This document shows positions 1-10,020 of a stretch of 47,006 bases of DNA, piece by piece. Every line of letters starts with the position of its first letter. Positions within the stretch are counted from its first letter, which is position 1. Origin of the DNA: Oligoflexia bacterium (GTDB lineage Bacteria; Bdellovibrionota; UBA1018); assembly GCA_043732485.1 (NCBI GenBank), contig JAYTHP010000019.1:1-47006 (forward strand), in the 5' to 3' direction. The translations under genes and the position numbers were made by a program. The notes under the pieces were generated by a model. The model saw only the letters and a program-made list of their open reading frames with translations. It was not told the DNA's origin and did no database searches.

Positions 1-2100
1 GCCTAAGGTGCCGCCACCACTGGTGATGGCCACACTCACCGAGGTCGAGTTGTTGGTGGTGATCAGATTGCCTGCCGCGTCAAGCAGCCGGGCCGTAAAG
101 GTCGTCATGGCGGTTGAGCCGCTCACAGTATAGCTCAAGGCCGGCGCCGTTCCCCAGACGATCGCATTGATGGTGGTAGCAGGACTCACCACCACGTTGG
201 CTTGTGACACCGTGTGCGAAGAGGTGTTTTCGGTGGCGGTAATCGTCATCGTGCCTGCAAGCGTTTCCGTCAAGCCGCTGAAGGTTGCAATCCCATTGCT
301 TGCCGTCACGGTCGTCGTTCCCGCAAGCGTGCCGCCACCACTCGTGATGCCAGCGCTCACCGTGGTCGTGCTGTTGTTGCTGATCAAGTTGCCGTAGGTG
401 TCAAGCAGTCGGGCCGTAAAAGCCGTTATCGGGGTGGAAGAGCTCGCCGTGTAAGTGAGACTGGGGCTTGCGCCCCACACGAGACTGCCAATGGTTGAAG
501 CCGGACTCACGACAATGCTGGCTTGGGCCACCGTGTGCGCAGCAGTGTTTTCGGTAGCAGCGAGCGTGATCGTCCCTGCGGTGGTGAGCGTCAGTGCGCT
601 AAATGTGGCGATGCCTGAGACCGCAGTACTGGTTAACGTCCCACCCAACACCCCCGAACCGCTAGTGAGCGTGACACTGACGTTAGTCGAGTTGTTGGTC
701 GTAATCACGTTACCTGCTGCGTCTTGCAGGGCGGTCGTAAACGTCGTCATCGGGGTCGAGGAGCTTGCAGTGTACGTCAGTGTGGGCGCGGTTCCCCAGA
801 CTAAGGCTGCAATAGTTGAGGACGGTGTAATGGTAATTGAGCTTGGGCTTGAGGCATTCGTCAGCGCGTTACCGTTTAAGCTTGCACCCAGCGTGCAACT
901 CCCTGCCACACTTGCCGTAAAAAGTGCCGTGTACACCCCTCCGCCCAGACTCGTCATCGCTCCAAACGTCCCCGTGCCACCGACTGAGCTTGCAGTAAAC
1001 GCCTTGGTGCTAATCCCGCTCGGACTTGCGTTACCAAAAGCGTCTTTGGCCGTGAGCGTCACGGTGATGGCACTGCCAGCGGTCACGCTGCTTGGACTTG
1101 AGACTTGACTCTGGGCAAGCGAAAAGCTTCCAGGCGCCACCACGATATTGGATTGCGCAAGCACATGGTTTGCGGTGTTTTCGGTGGCAGTGAGCGTGAT
1201 AGTCCCTGCCGTTGCGAGGGTTAAGGAATTAAAGGTTGCAACCCCTGCCGTTACTCCGACGCTTTGCGTGCCCCCTAACGTGCCAGCGCCACTCGTGAGA
1301 CTCACATTCACGGTGGTTGAGGAGTTGGCGCTCATCACGTTGCCTGACGCGTCAAGCAGTTGCACCGTAAACGCGGTCATGGGGTTTGAAGCGCTTGCCG
1401 TATAAGTCAGGATCGGGGCGGTGCCCCAAGCGATGGAGGCAATCGTCCCTGCCGAGCTGATCAACACCGACGCGGGATTGGCAACGCTTGTGAGCGCCGT
1501 GCCGTTGATCGTCGCACCCAGTGTGCATTGACCGGTCGCACCACCCGTGAAAATCGCCGTATACACCCCACCCCCCAGAGCCGTCACCGGAGCAAAGGTG
1601 CCCGTGCCGCCCGTGGCACTCGCAGTAAACGCCACCGAATTCACTCCGCTTGGGCCCAGATTGCCAAAAGCGTCTCTTGCCGTCAGTGTCACTAAAATCG
1701 TCAGGCCTGAGACGAGACTGGAGTTGCTTGAGATTTGACTCTGGCCCAAAGAAAAAACCCCAGCGCTCACCACCACGCCGGCTTGGGAAACGGTATGAGA
1801 CGTGGTGTTTTCGGTGGCAAGCAAGGTGATCGTGCCAGCCGTGGTGGCAGTGACGCCTGCAAGGGTGGCCACCCCGCCTGCGACGGTTGCCGTCGTCACT
1901 CCTCCTAAAACCCCTAAGCCACTGCCCACACTCAAGCTCACCGTGCTCGTGCTGTTCGAGCTCACCAGGTTACCGTACTGATCTTGCAGCCGAACCGTGA
2001 AACTCGTCATCGGCGTTGAGGAAGAAGCGGAATAGCTCACTGCCGGGGACACACCCCACGCCAGGGAAGCAATGGTGGTTTGTGCAGCCGCGGTTGCCGT
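1..2100 (-). repeat. Coding tandem Ig-like domain repeats (A ~107 aa, B ~103 aa; order A-B-A-B-A-A-A partial)
   Basis: GTGTTTTCGGT (encoding TENT on the minus strand) recurs at 224, 545, 1175 and 1805 (spacings 321, 630, 630). The B units share FSL.QSQ, DAFGN, GGTGTF and LGGGVYTA. Confidence 0.8.
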
Positions 2101-2907
2101 AAAGGCTGCTAAGCTTGTGACTGGCAAACCTAAGGAATCCAGAGAAGTGACCACCGCTGCGGTAAAAGTCTTCGTTCCAGCACTTTGCCCGAGCGTCGGC
2201 GTGCAAATGGCCACCCCTTCGGCGTTCGTCAACGAACTCGTACACCCCGCAACCGAATCCCCCTCCCCATTTCCCCCACTCCAACTGACACTGCTCCCGA
2301 TCACCGGATTACCGTAAACGTCGCTCACTTTCACCGCAAGTGGCAAGGCCAAGAGCGCCCCCACCGTGCCAGTCTGCTGATTGTTGCCTGCCACTTGAAT
2401 GGCAGCCGCCGGACCCGACACCACTGTCAATTGCGGGGCCGTGGAGGTTAACGCCTGATTGTAACTCCAACCCTGCACACTTACAGCCGAACCAGGCGTC
2501 ACAGCGGTAAAGCTTGCGACATAACTGCCGTCTCCTTGGTTGACTAAGTCACTCAAGTTTCCGACACTCGTGCCACCACTGGTGGTCAGCTTCACTTGAT
2601 AGCGCTTGGCCACCATCAGCAGGTTGGTTGAATCGCGCAAAAAGAGGGTAATTTTAGCCGTATTGCCCACTGCAACCGAGCTGGGCGACACCTGCACCAG
2701 CGAGAGCGACAACGACGGCTCAATTCCCAAAATCGTGCCTCGAGGAATGGTCCGTTTGAGTTCGCAGCCCGTGATCGCCAAGACTGTCGTCAAGAGCGAT
2801 AGGCAGGTCCTTGGGCAGACTCTTGGAAAGACCCCTGGGACGGACCTAGAGCCCATGACCCCCAGGTATCTGAAAAAATACGACTTTTGACTTAATTTTA
2901 ACCCCAT
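1..2907 (-). CDS. Large invasin/intimin-like Ig-repeat surface lipoprotein (3' end outside window)
   Basis: Not in the ORF track because there is no stop inside the window. Manual translation from ATG 2907 (alternative ATG 2856) is open to position 1. It shows a hydrophobic stretch plus lipobox (LSLLTTVLAITG-C), then Big_1/invasin-like domains (NQGDGSYVASFTA; VKVSDVYGNPV) and Thr/Ser/Gly/Ala-rich repeats with D..GN and ATENT motifs. Confidence 0.85.
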   Translation of the reverse strand, partial: MGLKLSQKSYFFRYLGVMGSRSVPGVFPRVCPRTCLSLLTTVLAITGCELKRTIPRGTILGIEPSLSLSLVQVSPSSVAVGNTAKITLFLRDSTNLLMVAKRYQVKLTTSGGTSVGNLSDLVNQGDGSYVASFTAVTPGSAVSVQGWSYNQALTSTAPQLTVVSGPAAAIQVAGNNQQTGTVGALLALPLAVKVSDVYGNPVIGSSVSWSGGNGEGDSVAGCTSSLTNAEGVAICTPTLGQSAGTKTFTAAVVTSLDSLGLPVTSLAAFTATAAAQTTIASLAWGVSPAVSYSASSSTPMTSFTVRLQDQYGNLVSSNSTSTVSLSVGSGLGVLGGVTTATVAGGVATLAGVTATTAGTITLLATENTTSHTVSQAGVVVSAGVFSLGQSQISSNSSLVSGLTILVTLTARDAFGNLGPSGVNSVAFTASATGGTGTFAPVTALGGGVYTAIFTGGATGQCTLGATINGTALTSVANPASVLISSAGTIASIAWGTAPILTYTASASNPMTAFTVQLLDASGNVMSANSSTTVNVSLTSGAGTLGGTQSVGVTAGVATFNSLTLATAGTITLTATENTANHVLAQSNIVVAPGSFSLAQSQVSSPSSVTAGSAITVTLTAKDAFGNASPSGISTKAFTASSVGGTGTFGAMTSLGGGVYTALFTASVAGSCTLGASLNGNALTNASSPSSITITPSSTIAALVWGTAPTLTYTASSSTPMTTFTTALQDAAGNVITTNNSTNVSVTLTSGSGVLGGTLTSTAVSGIATFSALTLTTAGTITLAATENTAAHTVAQASIVVSPASTIGSLVWGASPSLTYTASSSTPITAFTARLLDTYGNLISNNSTTTVSAGITSGGGTLAGTTTVTASNGIATFSGLTETLAGTMTITATENTSSHTVSQANVVVSPATTINAIVWGTAPALSYTVSGSTAMTTFTARLLDAAGNLITTNNSTSVSVAITSGGGTLG

Positions 2908-3194
2908 GACCTGACCCCCCCGGCACACTCGACTTGCCAACTTTTTTTCTTCATTTAAGCAACTCTGTTCCGGCAGCAAAGCCTGAACACTTTCCTTAGA
3001 ATAATAAAAAGCCCAAGAAAAGCTAGCCAAAACCCATCAAAAAGCAGATTAAAACCGTATTAAATGACCTTGCCCACCTCAATCACGGAAGATTTTTGAG
3101 CCTTCCTGCACGCTCAGCTAGGCTCACCCCTCAGGCAGCCCTGCGCGAAACCCGGGGCTCCCAAAAAACGCCTTAAACGAAAGGGGCGCAACGT

Positions 3195-4328
3195 TCAGAA
3201 GAAAAATAAATCTTCACCGCCGCCTGCGTCTATGTGATCGATCGCTTCGCTCTCACCCCCCTCAAATCCTGGTGCTAATCCTAACAGTAACTCAAGCTCA
3301 GCCGCTTCTGCTGCCTCTGCTTGCACTTCCTCTGCTTCTGGCTCCTCCACCTGCCAGACTTGCGAATGAAGCGGCACCTGACCCTCACGCGAGAGCCAAA
3401 AGCCGCCTCGGGGATCCCACTCGTAATAGAAATCACCACACCCCCCTCGTGTTCCCTGCGCTTGCGTTTCTTGAACCCCCCGCAAGCGACGCGGCTTGCA
3501 CCTTCCCTCCCCTTCTTGCCCCTCTTCCCAGCAAAGCACCCGCAGCGGCCCCGCCCCGGCATCTGAAATCAACTCCTTTTGCCAAGCTCTTTGCTGAGTG
3601 CGATTGTCCTGATGCGGCGGTAGGAGTCGCTCCAGCAAATGCGCGTGAGCGTCTTGAGGCCCAGGCTTTACACCCGACGACGGCGACAACAGCGACGCCC
3701 CCACCACCCCGCAGGCTGTGGCCTCCCCTAAACGCTTTCTTGCCGCTTTACGCTCTTTTCTGCGGACTCGGGCCTGATGATCCTGATGATCCTGATGCAA
3801 CCCCTGAGTCGGCGCTAAAATCGACTCTTCGCTCTCGCCTTGCGGTCCCTCTCCCACTCCTCCACCGCCACAAGCCACTCGAGCTCGAGGGCCCTCTGCT
3901 TGACACTGCGAAGAAGACAAAGGCTGCAACCCCTCACCCTGAGCCCCCGAACCCTGACGCCTTGGGCCAGTCAAGGTCAATTTCGTGTGCCTTGCCTCCA
4001 GGCATCTAACGACTGAGACGACGGCGCCGCAGCCTCCTCTTGCCCACCCCTGTTTCCCCAACAACCCCCCTCTGAGGGAGACTCCAGACGCAAAACCAGA
4101 CGCAAAAGACGACGCCTGCTGCGCAGTGGAGGACGGCCCGAGAATGAGAACGCATTGACACCGAGCGTCAGACGGAAACGCCCCTGCTCCCAACGCTGCG
4201 AGCCAAAAGCAGCAAGCCGCGGGAAACACCTGCCCTAGAACCAGTAAAAAAGCGCCTTGAAAACGTAAGTAAGGTTGCCACATCATCAGAGGCAACAAAA
4301 TCATAAAAAAAATATGCTGGCAATGCAA
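3195..4328 (-). CDS. Hypothetical protein (hydrophobic N-terminus, low-complexity body, acidic C-terminus)
   Basis: 377-aa ORF filling the gap between AT-rich intergenic stretches. No recognisable domain; start codon uncertain. Confidence 0.35.
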   Translation of the reverse strand: MHCQHIFFMILLPLMMWQPYLRFQGAFLLVLGQVFPAACCFWLAALGAGAFPSDARCQCVLILGPSSTAQQASSFASGFASGVSLRGGLLGKQGWARGGCGAVVSVVRCLEARHTKLTLTGPRRQGSGAQGEGLQPLSSSQCQAEGPRARVACGGGGVGEGPQGESEESILAPTQGLHQDHQDHQARVRRKERKAARKRLGEATACGVVGASLLSPSSGVKPGPQDAHAHLLERLLPPHQDNRTQQRAWQKELISDAGAGPLRVLCWEEGQEGEGRCKPRRLRGVQETQAQGTRGGCGDFYYEWDPRGGFWLSREGQVPLHSQVWQVEEPEAEEVQAEAAEAAELELLLGLAPGFEGGESEAIDHIDAGGGEDLFFF

Positions 4329-4646
4329 TTTGGCTTAAAAAATGAGAGCATCCAAGAATTAAAAATACCCTTAAAATACCGCGCCAATACGGACCTCAAC
4401 GACCACGTCAACCGCTAAAAAATCCTCCAACGCCAGCGACACTGAAAAACTAGAAAGAGCATCATTTAAAGCGCATTGACTGTAAAGCGTCACTGAAAAT
4501 TTTATTCTGAAGCCTCATTGCTTGAGCGCGTTTTTTTGCGTGCCTGAGCGTCGCCGGGGTTACTGCACCGGTCACCGCCTTGCAGCGGGTAGCAAACCCC
4601 TCAGGAGAGACGAGCTTTACCAAATCTTCTGACCAATCCCTGGGCG

Positions 4647-4994
4647 TTATTCTCCTGCCTGCTTGCGAGCCTGCGCCTGCAGGTCACTCAAAATCTCCTC
4701 CACGGGAATGGCAAGCTTTTTGCTCTGATTACAGCTGCGACACGCCACCACAACATTGCCGCGCTTACTTGCACCACCCCTCGCCAGAGGAACGAGATGA
4801 TCGAGCGTCAAAAAGCGGGCCGCAAACTTTTGCTGGCAAAAGTGACAAATCCCTAACGTAAGCTGGTTCAACCACCAGTGAGTTTTTTTCAGTTTGCGGG
4901 CTTTTTCCCGCTCTTTTTTAATCCTGCGAGGATCACTGTCGGTCTCAAGCAAGGAGAAATAGGCTGCGTCAGGGTTCTCTGGAGTGTCTATCAT
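4647..4994 (-). CDS. Stand-alone HNH endonuclease family protein
   Basis: CHFC...LTLDHLVPLARGG...NVVVACRSCNQSK, a Zn-binding CxxC/CxxC HNH signature. Confidence 0.9.
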   Translation of the reverse strand: MIDTPENPDAAYFSLLETDSDPRRIKKEREKARKLKKTHWWLNQLTLGICHFCQQKFAARFLTLDHLVPLARGGASKRGNVVVACRSCNQSKKLAIPVEEILSDLQAQARKQAGE

Positions 4995-5149
4995 ACGATC
5001 ACAGGGAGCTTCTTTCTCTGAGTTTTGCTTTTTTTAGATGTCGCTTACTACAACTGCGCACGCCCCAAAACTACTTTCTCAACCCGCTGCAAGGCTGGGC
5101 GGCTTGCGGGTTCGCAGGAACTTCGCGAACCTGCGGGCTTGCAGGTCTC

Positions 5150-6370
5150 TTGTTTTTTTGCAAAAACCCAGGTACGCTCTTTCGAATGAGCCATCGAATG
5201 AACCGTGCGTCTTTTAAAAAGCTTAAAATGCTGTGTCCCTTGCCTTCTGCTCTGCGCTTCTTGCCCGCGGGCTTAGCCTTCCTCTTACCGCTTTTTTTAA
5301 GCCAGGGCATCAGCCTCGACTTTCAAGAACCCTTTGGTCCTTCGGTGTCTTGCAACCCAGAGTCGGCTTTTTTACCCTTAAAAGAAGACCAAACGACCCT
5401 AGAATCGTTGTTTCCTACCCCCTCCAGACTTTTTTGTCAAACCTGGAAAATGGATTTCACCAGTAACGCCTCGGAGTGTTGCAGCCCGCCGCCGCGACTC
5501 GCCCGTGCCCGCGGGAGGCAACGAGCGCAGTGCGCGCCTCATCGCAGACCTGCTCATTACTGCGGCGAAGTGACGCCTGAGCAAAAAGCCTTCACTGAGA
5601 AGGTGCAATCAGGAAAAATCCCTAATCTCTTGCAATTCTACGAAAACCGCTTGCTCGATCGGCGATTTGTCAACAGACAGCAAAGCTACTGCGGTGATAA
5701 CAACGGCTTTTTAGCCTTTGGTCAGCCGGTGGTGGAAACCCCGGACAATCGCCTGCACATTAAAAATAAGCATCGCTGCTTGAATTTCGCCACTGACGGC
5801 TTAGGCGGCTTGCTCGAGTGGCTAGGACGTGAACTAGGCCAAGCTTACCCCGCCTCCAAGCACTCCGGGGTGTTGCTCATGCTAGGTGACATCTCAGCAC
5901 CCAAAGGCGGCTGCATCCACGGCGTGAGTCAAAGCCGCGCTCATGCTTCCCACACCTCCGGTCGAGACGCTGACATTGGCTTTATTCAGCCGCGCGCCAA
6001 GCACTCGCTACCGCAAAGTTATTTTGAGCCCCACTTTGATCCGCCCAGTAACTGGTGGTTTCTCAAAAAAGTCTTCCACAACCCTTTTGTCTGCGTCAAG
6101 ATGGTGCTACTAGAAAAAAACCTGATCCGCCGACTGCGCTCAGAAGCGAAAAAAGACCCCGAGTGGCGCACGTTATCGCAGTTCATCAGACCCGATCGCC
6201 ACGAAAGGCGCCACTATCACATTCGGGTAGGAAGCGGCCCTGGCGCACCGGGCTGTAAAGCCCTACCAGGCAGCCTCGATCAGGAAGTGGAAGGCGAAGA
6301 GGAACTGGACGGCGCTGACGCTGCCACCAGTCAGCTTGCCCTCCCGGCGTTAAAAGCCGGGGGAGCTTAA
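5150..6370 (+). CDS. Penicillin-insensitive murein endopeptidase (MepA-like, peptidase M74)
   Basis: GDIS..KGG, HASHTSGRDADIGF and HYHIRV zinc-ligand motifs; N-terminal hydrophobic signal segment. The true start may be a downstream Met. Confidence 0.8.
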   Translation: MFFCKNPGTLFRMSHRMNRASFKKLKMLCPLPSALRFLPAGLAFLLPLFLSQGISLDFQEPFGPSVSCNPESAFLPLKEDQTTLESLFPTPSRLFCQTWKMDFTSNASECCSPPPRLARARGRQRAQCAPHRRPAHYCGEVTPEQKAFTEKVQSGKIPNLLQFYENRLLDRRFVNRQQSYCGDNNGFLAFGQPVVETPDNRLHIKNKHRCLNFATDGLGGLLEWLGRELGQAYPASKHSGVLLMLGDISAPKGGCIHGVSQSRAHASHTSGRDADIGFIQPRAKHSLPQSYFEPHFDPPSNWWFLKKVFHNPFVCVKMVLLEKNLIRRLRSEAKKDPEWRTLSQFIRPDRHERRHYHIRVGSGPGAPGCKALPGSLDQEVEGEEELDGADAATSQLALPALKAGGA

Positions 6371-6434
6371 AGGAAAGTTTGCCGCTTTTGTCTACTGTCT
6401 ACGGATCGTATCCTGGCTCGGCTAGCTTTCGTTT

Positions 6435-8039
6435 TCAATGATACTTTTCATCGCGAATACGCAATGCCCCGTGATCCACTTCAAACACCCTTGACGTCAC
6501 CGCTCGCAAGAAATGGCGATCATGGCTCACAATCATAGCCGTTCCTTCGAAGTTCTGCAAGGCACTGAGCAAGACCTCTCGTGAGCCGATATCCAGGTGA
6601 TTGGTCGGCTCATCAAGGATCAAGAAATTGAGGGGCTGAGCCAGTAAGGTGGCAAGCACCAGGCGACTTTTCTCACCGCCTGAGAGCACGGCAATTTTTT
6701 TATACACATCATCACCACTAAATAAAAAAGTCCCCAGTAAATTCCTAACAAAACCTAAAGTGGCCAGCGGAATGCGGTCATGCACTTCCTCAAGCAGGGT
6801 CTTTTGTGCACTGAGAACTTCCAGCGAGTGCTGACTAAAATAGCCCACCTGCACGTTGGCACCCAACTGCACTGACCCTGAAGTCGGATCGACTTGACCG
6901 CACAGCGTTTTTAAGAAGGTTGATTTCCCAGCACCGTTCACCCCGACCACTGCAATCTTATCCAGCCTACGCACCACGCCTGTGATACCGCTAAACACCG
7001 CTTTTTGCTGCCCATCGTCCCGCACCCAGACCTTCGTCAGCTCCTCAAACTTCACCACCTCGTTGCCACTGCGCGGCGGGGTGGTAAAATCAAAGCGCAT
7101 GACTTTGGCTTCAGCCGGAATTTCAATTCTTTCAATCTTTTCAAGCTTCTTGACTCTTGATTGCACCTGCGCGGCATGGGAAGCGCGGGCCGCAAACCGG
7201 GCAATGAACTCTTCTTCCTTAGCCAGCATGTCTTGTTGCTTTTGATGGGCGGCAATCAACTGGGCGCGCCTTATTTCGCGCTCCTTGAGGTAAAACTCAT
7301 AATCGCCACTGTAAGTGGTAATGGTGCGCTGGGCCACTTCGGTGATGCGACTGACAATGCGGTTCATGAACTCGCGGTCATGGCTGGTCATGACTAAAGC
7401 ACCCTTGAAGCCCTGCAACCACTCCTCAAGCCAAACAATCGACTCTAAATCCAAGTGATTGGTCGGCTCATCCATCAGCAAGACGTCAGGACTCAAGACT
7501 AAGATCTGGGCCAACGCAATGCGCATCTTCCAGCCACCGCTAAACTGCTCAACCGGGCGATCATAGTCATCAGGCCCGATCCCTAAGCCCGTCAGTACGT
7601 CTTTGGCGCGGGAGTCTAAATCATACCCCCCCCGCTGCTCAAATTCCAACTGCAGTTCGCCGTAACGCTCCAGTAAACGCTCAAGCGCCAGATCCGATAA
7701 GGGCGTGTGTTCGGATTGCTGCAACTGCCGCTCCAGCTCGGCAAGCTCAGCTGCAATCAGCGAGACCTTCCCGCCACCGGCTTTCACTTCCTCTAGAGCC
7801 GATCGCCCGCGCATTGCTCCGACATCTTGCGAGAAATAGCCAATCACTAGGCGCTCGGCAATGTTGACTGAGCCAGAATCGACTCGCTCCTCACGCATGA
7901 TCAAGCGAAAAAGGCTAGTTTTCCCCGCGCCATTGGGTCCCACCAAGCCAATCTTGTCGTGCGGCCTGACTTGAAAACTGGCGTTTTGAAAAAGAATCTT
8001 TGAGCCGTACTGTTTAGTGACTTGGGTGAGATGAATCAT
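6435..8039 (-). CDS. ABC-F family ATP-binding protein
   Basis: Two NBDs (GPNGAGKT/FSGGW/DEPTNHLD and GVNGAGKS/LSGGE/DEPTNHLD), no TM segments, FIARF..ASHAAQVQSRVK linker. Start placed at ATG 8039 (MIHL). Confidence 0.95.
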   Translation of the reverse strand: MIHLTQVTKQYGSKILFQNASFQVRPHDKIGLVGPNGAGKTSLFRLIMREERVDSGSVNIAERLVIGYFSQDVGAMRGRSALEEVKAGGGKVSLIAAELAELERQLQQSEHTPLSDLALERLLERYGELQLEFEQRGGYDLDSRAKDVLTGLGIGPDDYDRPVEQFSGGWKMRIALAQILVLSPDVLLMDEPTNHLDLESIVWLEEWLQGFKGALVMTSHDREFMNRIVSRITEVAQRTITTYSGDYEFYLKEREIRRAQLIAAHQKQQDMLAKEEEFIARFAARASHAAQVQSRVKKLEKIERIEIPAEAKVMRFDFTTPPRSGNEVVKFEELTKVWVRDDGQQKAVFSGITGVVRRLDKIAVVGVNGAGKSTFLKTLCGQVDPTSGSVQLGANVQVGYFSQHSLEVLSAQKTLLEEVHDRIPLATLGFVRNLLGTFLFSGDDVYKKIAVLSGGEKSRLVLATLLAQPLNFLILDEPTNHLDIGSREVLLSALQNFEGTAMIVSHDRHFLRAVTSRVFEVDHGALRIRDEKYH

Positions 8040-8118
8040 AAGCTTTGCCTCTTCTAGCACACCCTTGAGTAATCCCCCAAACAGTTCTCTACCCCCACTG
8101 GAAACGCAAATTTTTTTT

Positions 8119-8685
8119 TTAGCGAGCCACTGCCTTACGACGATAAAGTAGCAAGTAACTCACCTGGTCTTCCGGATGATCCTCGCGCGAGACGACCTCA
8201 AAATCCCGTAAAAAATCCCCAGGCAAACTCACGTCACCTTCCACTTGCAGATGAACCTGGGTCCAGTAAACCTCATCCACCCAAGGCAACGCCAGCTGGT
8301 AGATCTGTGCGCCTCCAATCACAAAGCAGTCCAGCAACTGATGCCTTTTGCAGTGGCTTAAAACCGCGTCAAGATCGGCAAATCCCCTGACTTGCGGATG
8401 CGGCTGCTGCTCAAGCGTTTGCAAATAGCCTTGATCTTGCGACAACACCCAGTGCTCCCGCCCCGGCAGCACGCGCCCCAAGGATTGAAAGGTCTTGCGT
8501 CCCATCAGCATGGGAAATCCCGAGGTTAACGTCTTAAATCGCCGCAAATCAGCAGGGATGCGCCAAGGGATCTGGCCCCGCAAACCCATCACGCCACCCT
8601 CAGCCACCGCCACAATCAAGCGCCAACGCAAACCGGCTGACGCTCCTAAAGACATTCGTTCTATCACCTGACCCTCGTTTTGCAT
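8119..8685 (-). CDS. folA: Dihydrofolate reductase
   Basis: LIVAVAEGGVMG..GQIPWRIPADLRRFK, MGRKTF, LPGR and FVIGGAQIY motifs. Start may be slightly downstream. Confidence 0.93.
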   Translation of the reverse strand: MQNEGQVIERMSLGASAGLRWRLIVAVAEGGVMGLRGQIPWRIPADLRRFKTLTSGFPMLMGRKTFQSLGRVLPGREHWVLSQDQGYLQTLEQQPHPQVRGFADLDAVLSHCKRHQLLDCFVIGGAQIYQLALPWVDEVYWTQVHLQVEGDVSLPGDFLRDFEVVSREDHPEDQVSYLLLYRRKAVAR

Positions 8686-8774
8686 CCACTCGCCTTTTTG
8701 ACTTGGTTTACCTGAGTTTCACTGAGGGCTCTGCGAGGTCACTCCCTCACTCACCTAGCTTCTGACCGCCCCCT

Positions 8775-9781
8775 TCAAAAGTGGACGGCGTCACCCGCCG
8801 AGCAGGCATCAGCCACGGCGAGCATCTTGCGCCCTTCGTCTGCAAGCGCTGGGTTTTTCAAGCACAACAGCCCATTGGAGACGCGCTGCAAGAATCCCCA
8901 CTGCCAAATCGCCACGCTCTTGTCCGCTGAGCGGCCCGTGAGCTGAGACAAACGCAAACACCTGGCGCGAGCGCTACCCGCCGTATCCCCTGATTCCAAC
9001 AACTCGGAACTCCACGCGCGCATCAAAACGCCCCAGTCATAAGCCTTCTCAGCCTAGACCGGATCAGGATCAATCAGCTTAAAGCGGGTTAGATCCTTAC
9101 TCTCTGCCACAGCAGAGCGTGTTCCAGGCATGGGCATCACCGTGATTCAAGACCGCGTTTTTCGCCTCAAAGGCCCGTTGACGCAACCTCCCACACTGAG
9201 CCGCAGCCTCAATCGTTCGAGCTTGGCAAGGTTGCCCCCCCCCACCGGCTAACTCCGTCACCAGGTCCATTAAACTTTGTGCCTTGCAAGCCCCCGAGAA
9301 AATCTCCAGCCCCGCAGGCAACACACACCACGCCTGCTTGAGGGTCGCCTAAATCACGGCCCTCTGAAAGTCCACCGACTTGCGGCCGATCTGGTGCAAC
9401 TGAGGACCCAGCCGCTCCAGTAGAAGCGCGCCTCTTTTGGCGTCAAACCTTTGCACTTGCTCGTAGGCCCCCGTCTCGGCTGCAGCGAGCAGGGTTTGGC
9501 GTTCTCACTCAGGATAAAGCGCACCCGGAAAAGTAAGCTGCAGGCCACTGCGCTTGCCACTGGCAGTCGCAGTGGCTGCAAGCACTAGACTTTCTGTTCC
9601 CCTAAAAAGAAACTCCCCCAACGTGAGCTCCCACTCCTGAGCAAGAATCAGCCAGCACCCCTTGAAGTCGCGCAAGCCATTGCACACCCAACGGCCCTTG
9701 GGAGCGAACATACGCTTGAATGACCGCAGGCCACTCTTGTTCCCTCAATCGTTCACTTATCTTGGTTTTACGTTGGTTCAC
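8775..9781 (-). pseudogene. Disrupted aminoglycoside phosphotransferase / streptomycin 6-kinase-like (APH(6)-like) gene
   Basis: Stitched frames give QWLARL..LAQEWELTLG..GTESLV..ALLLERLGP..NHGDAHAWNTL..FKLIDPD..AYD..AIWQWGF..RVS.GL. In-frame stops at 9505-9507, 9349-9351 and 9054-9056; frameshifts near 9645 and 9113. GTG start at 9781 overlaps the stop of the upstream ORF. Confidence 0.8.
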
Positions 9782-9969
9782 GGAAAAACATTGCAATCAG
9801 GCTCCAGATGATAATCCGCCTTCGCACGCAAACATTCCAAGCGATCGGCTTTCACCGTAACAACCAAAGCCCGCCGGGTCATAGGGTTACCCTTATCAAA
9901 AAGCATGATCGCCACTTCTAGCGTGCCATCACCGTTGATGTCAGTAAAATACTGCCGATCCTTCATCAC
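9778..9969 (-). CDS. Small hypothetical protein or fragment with a DINGDG (DxDxDG-type) motif
   Basis: FTDINGDGTLEVAI motif; GTGA overlap with the downstream kinase pseudogene. Probably a truncated remnant. Confidence 0.4.
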   Translation of the reverse strand: MMKDRQYFTDINGDGTLEVAIMLFDKGNPMTRRALVVTVKADRLECLRAKADYHLEPDCNVFP

Positions 9970-10020
9970 ACGCTTGATCCCCGCAAAAAATCACCCCCTC
10001 GCCAAACACCCTCACCCACC

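Noticed and set aside
167..2890. Numerous Val/Ala/Pro-rich + strand ORFs
   Set aside because: Antisense shadows of the Thr/Ser/Gly-rich minus-strand adhesin.
3272..4009. 245-aa Pro/Ala-rich + strand ORF
   Set aside because: No domain or clear RBS and fully overlapped by the longer minus ORF; treated as the probable shadow, though not proven.
4647..4994. HNH nuclease as a mobile element, homing or CRISPR/defence effector
   Set aside because: Small stand-alone HNH with no flanking repeats, intron, array or partner genes.
8775..9781. Stop-codon recoding as the explanation for in-frame stops
   Set aside because: Lesions across the pseudogenes include TGA, TAG and TAA plus frameshifts, and core genes read normally in the standard code.
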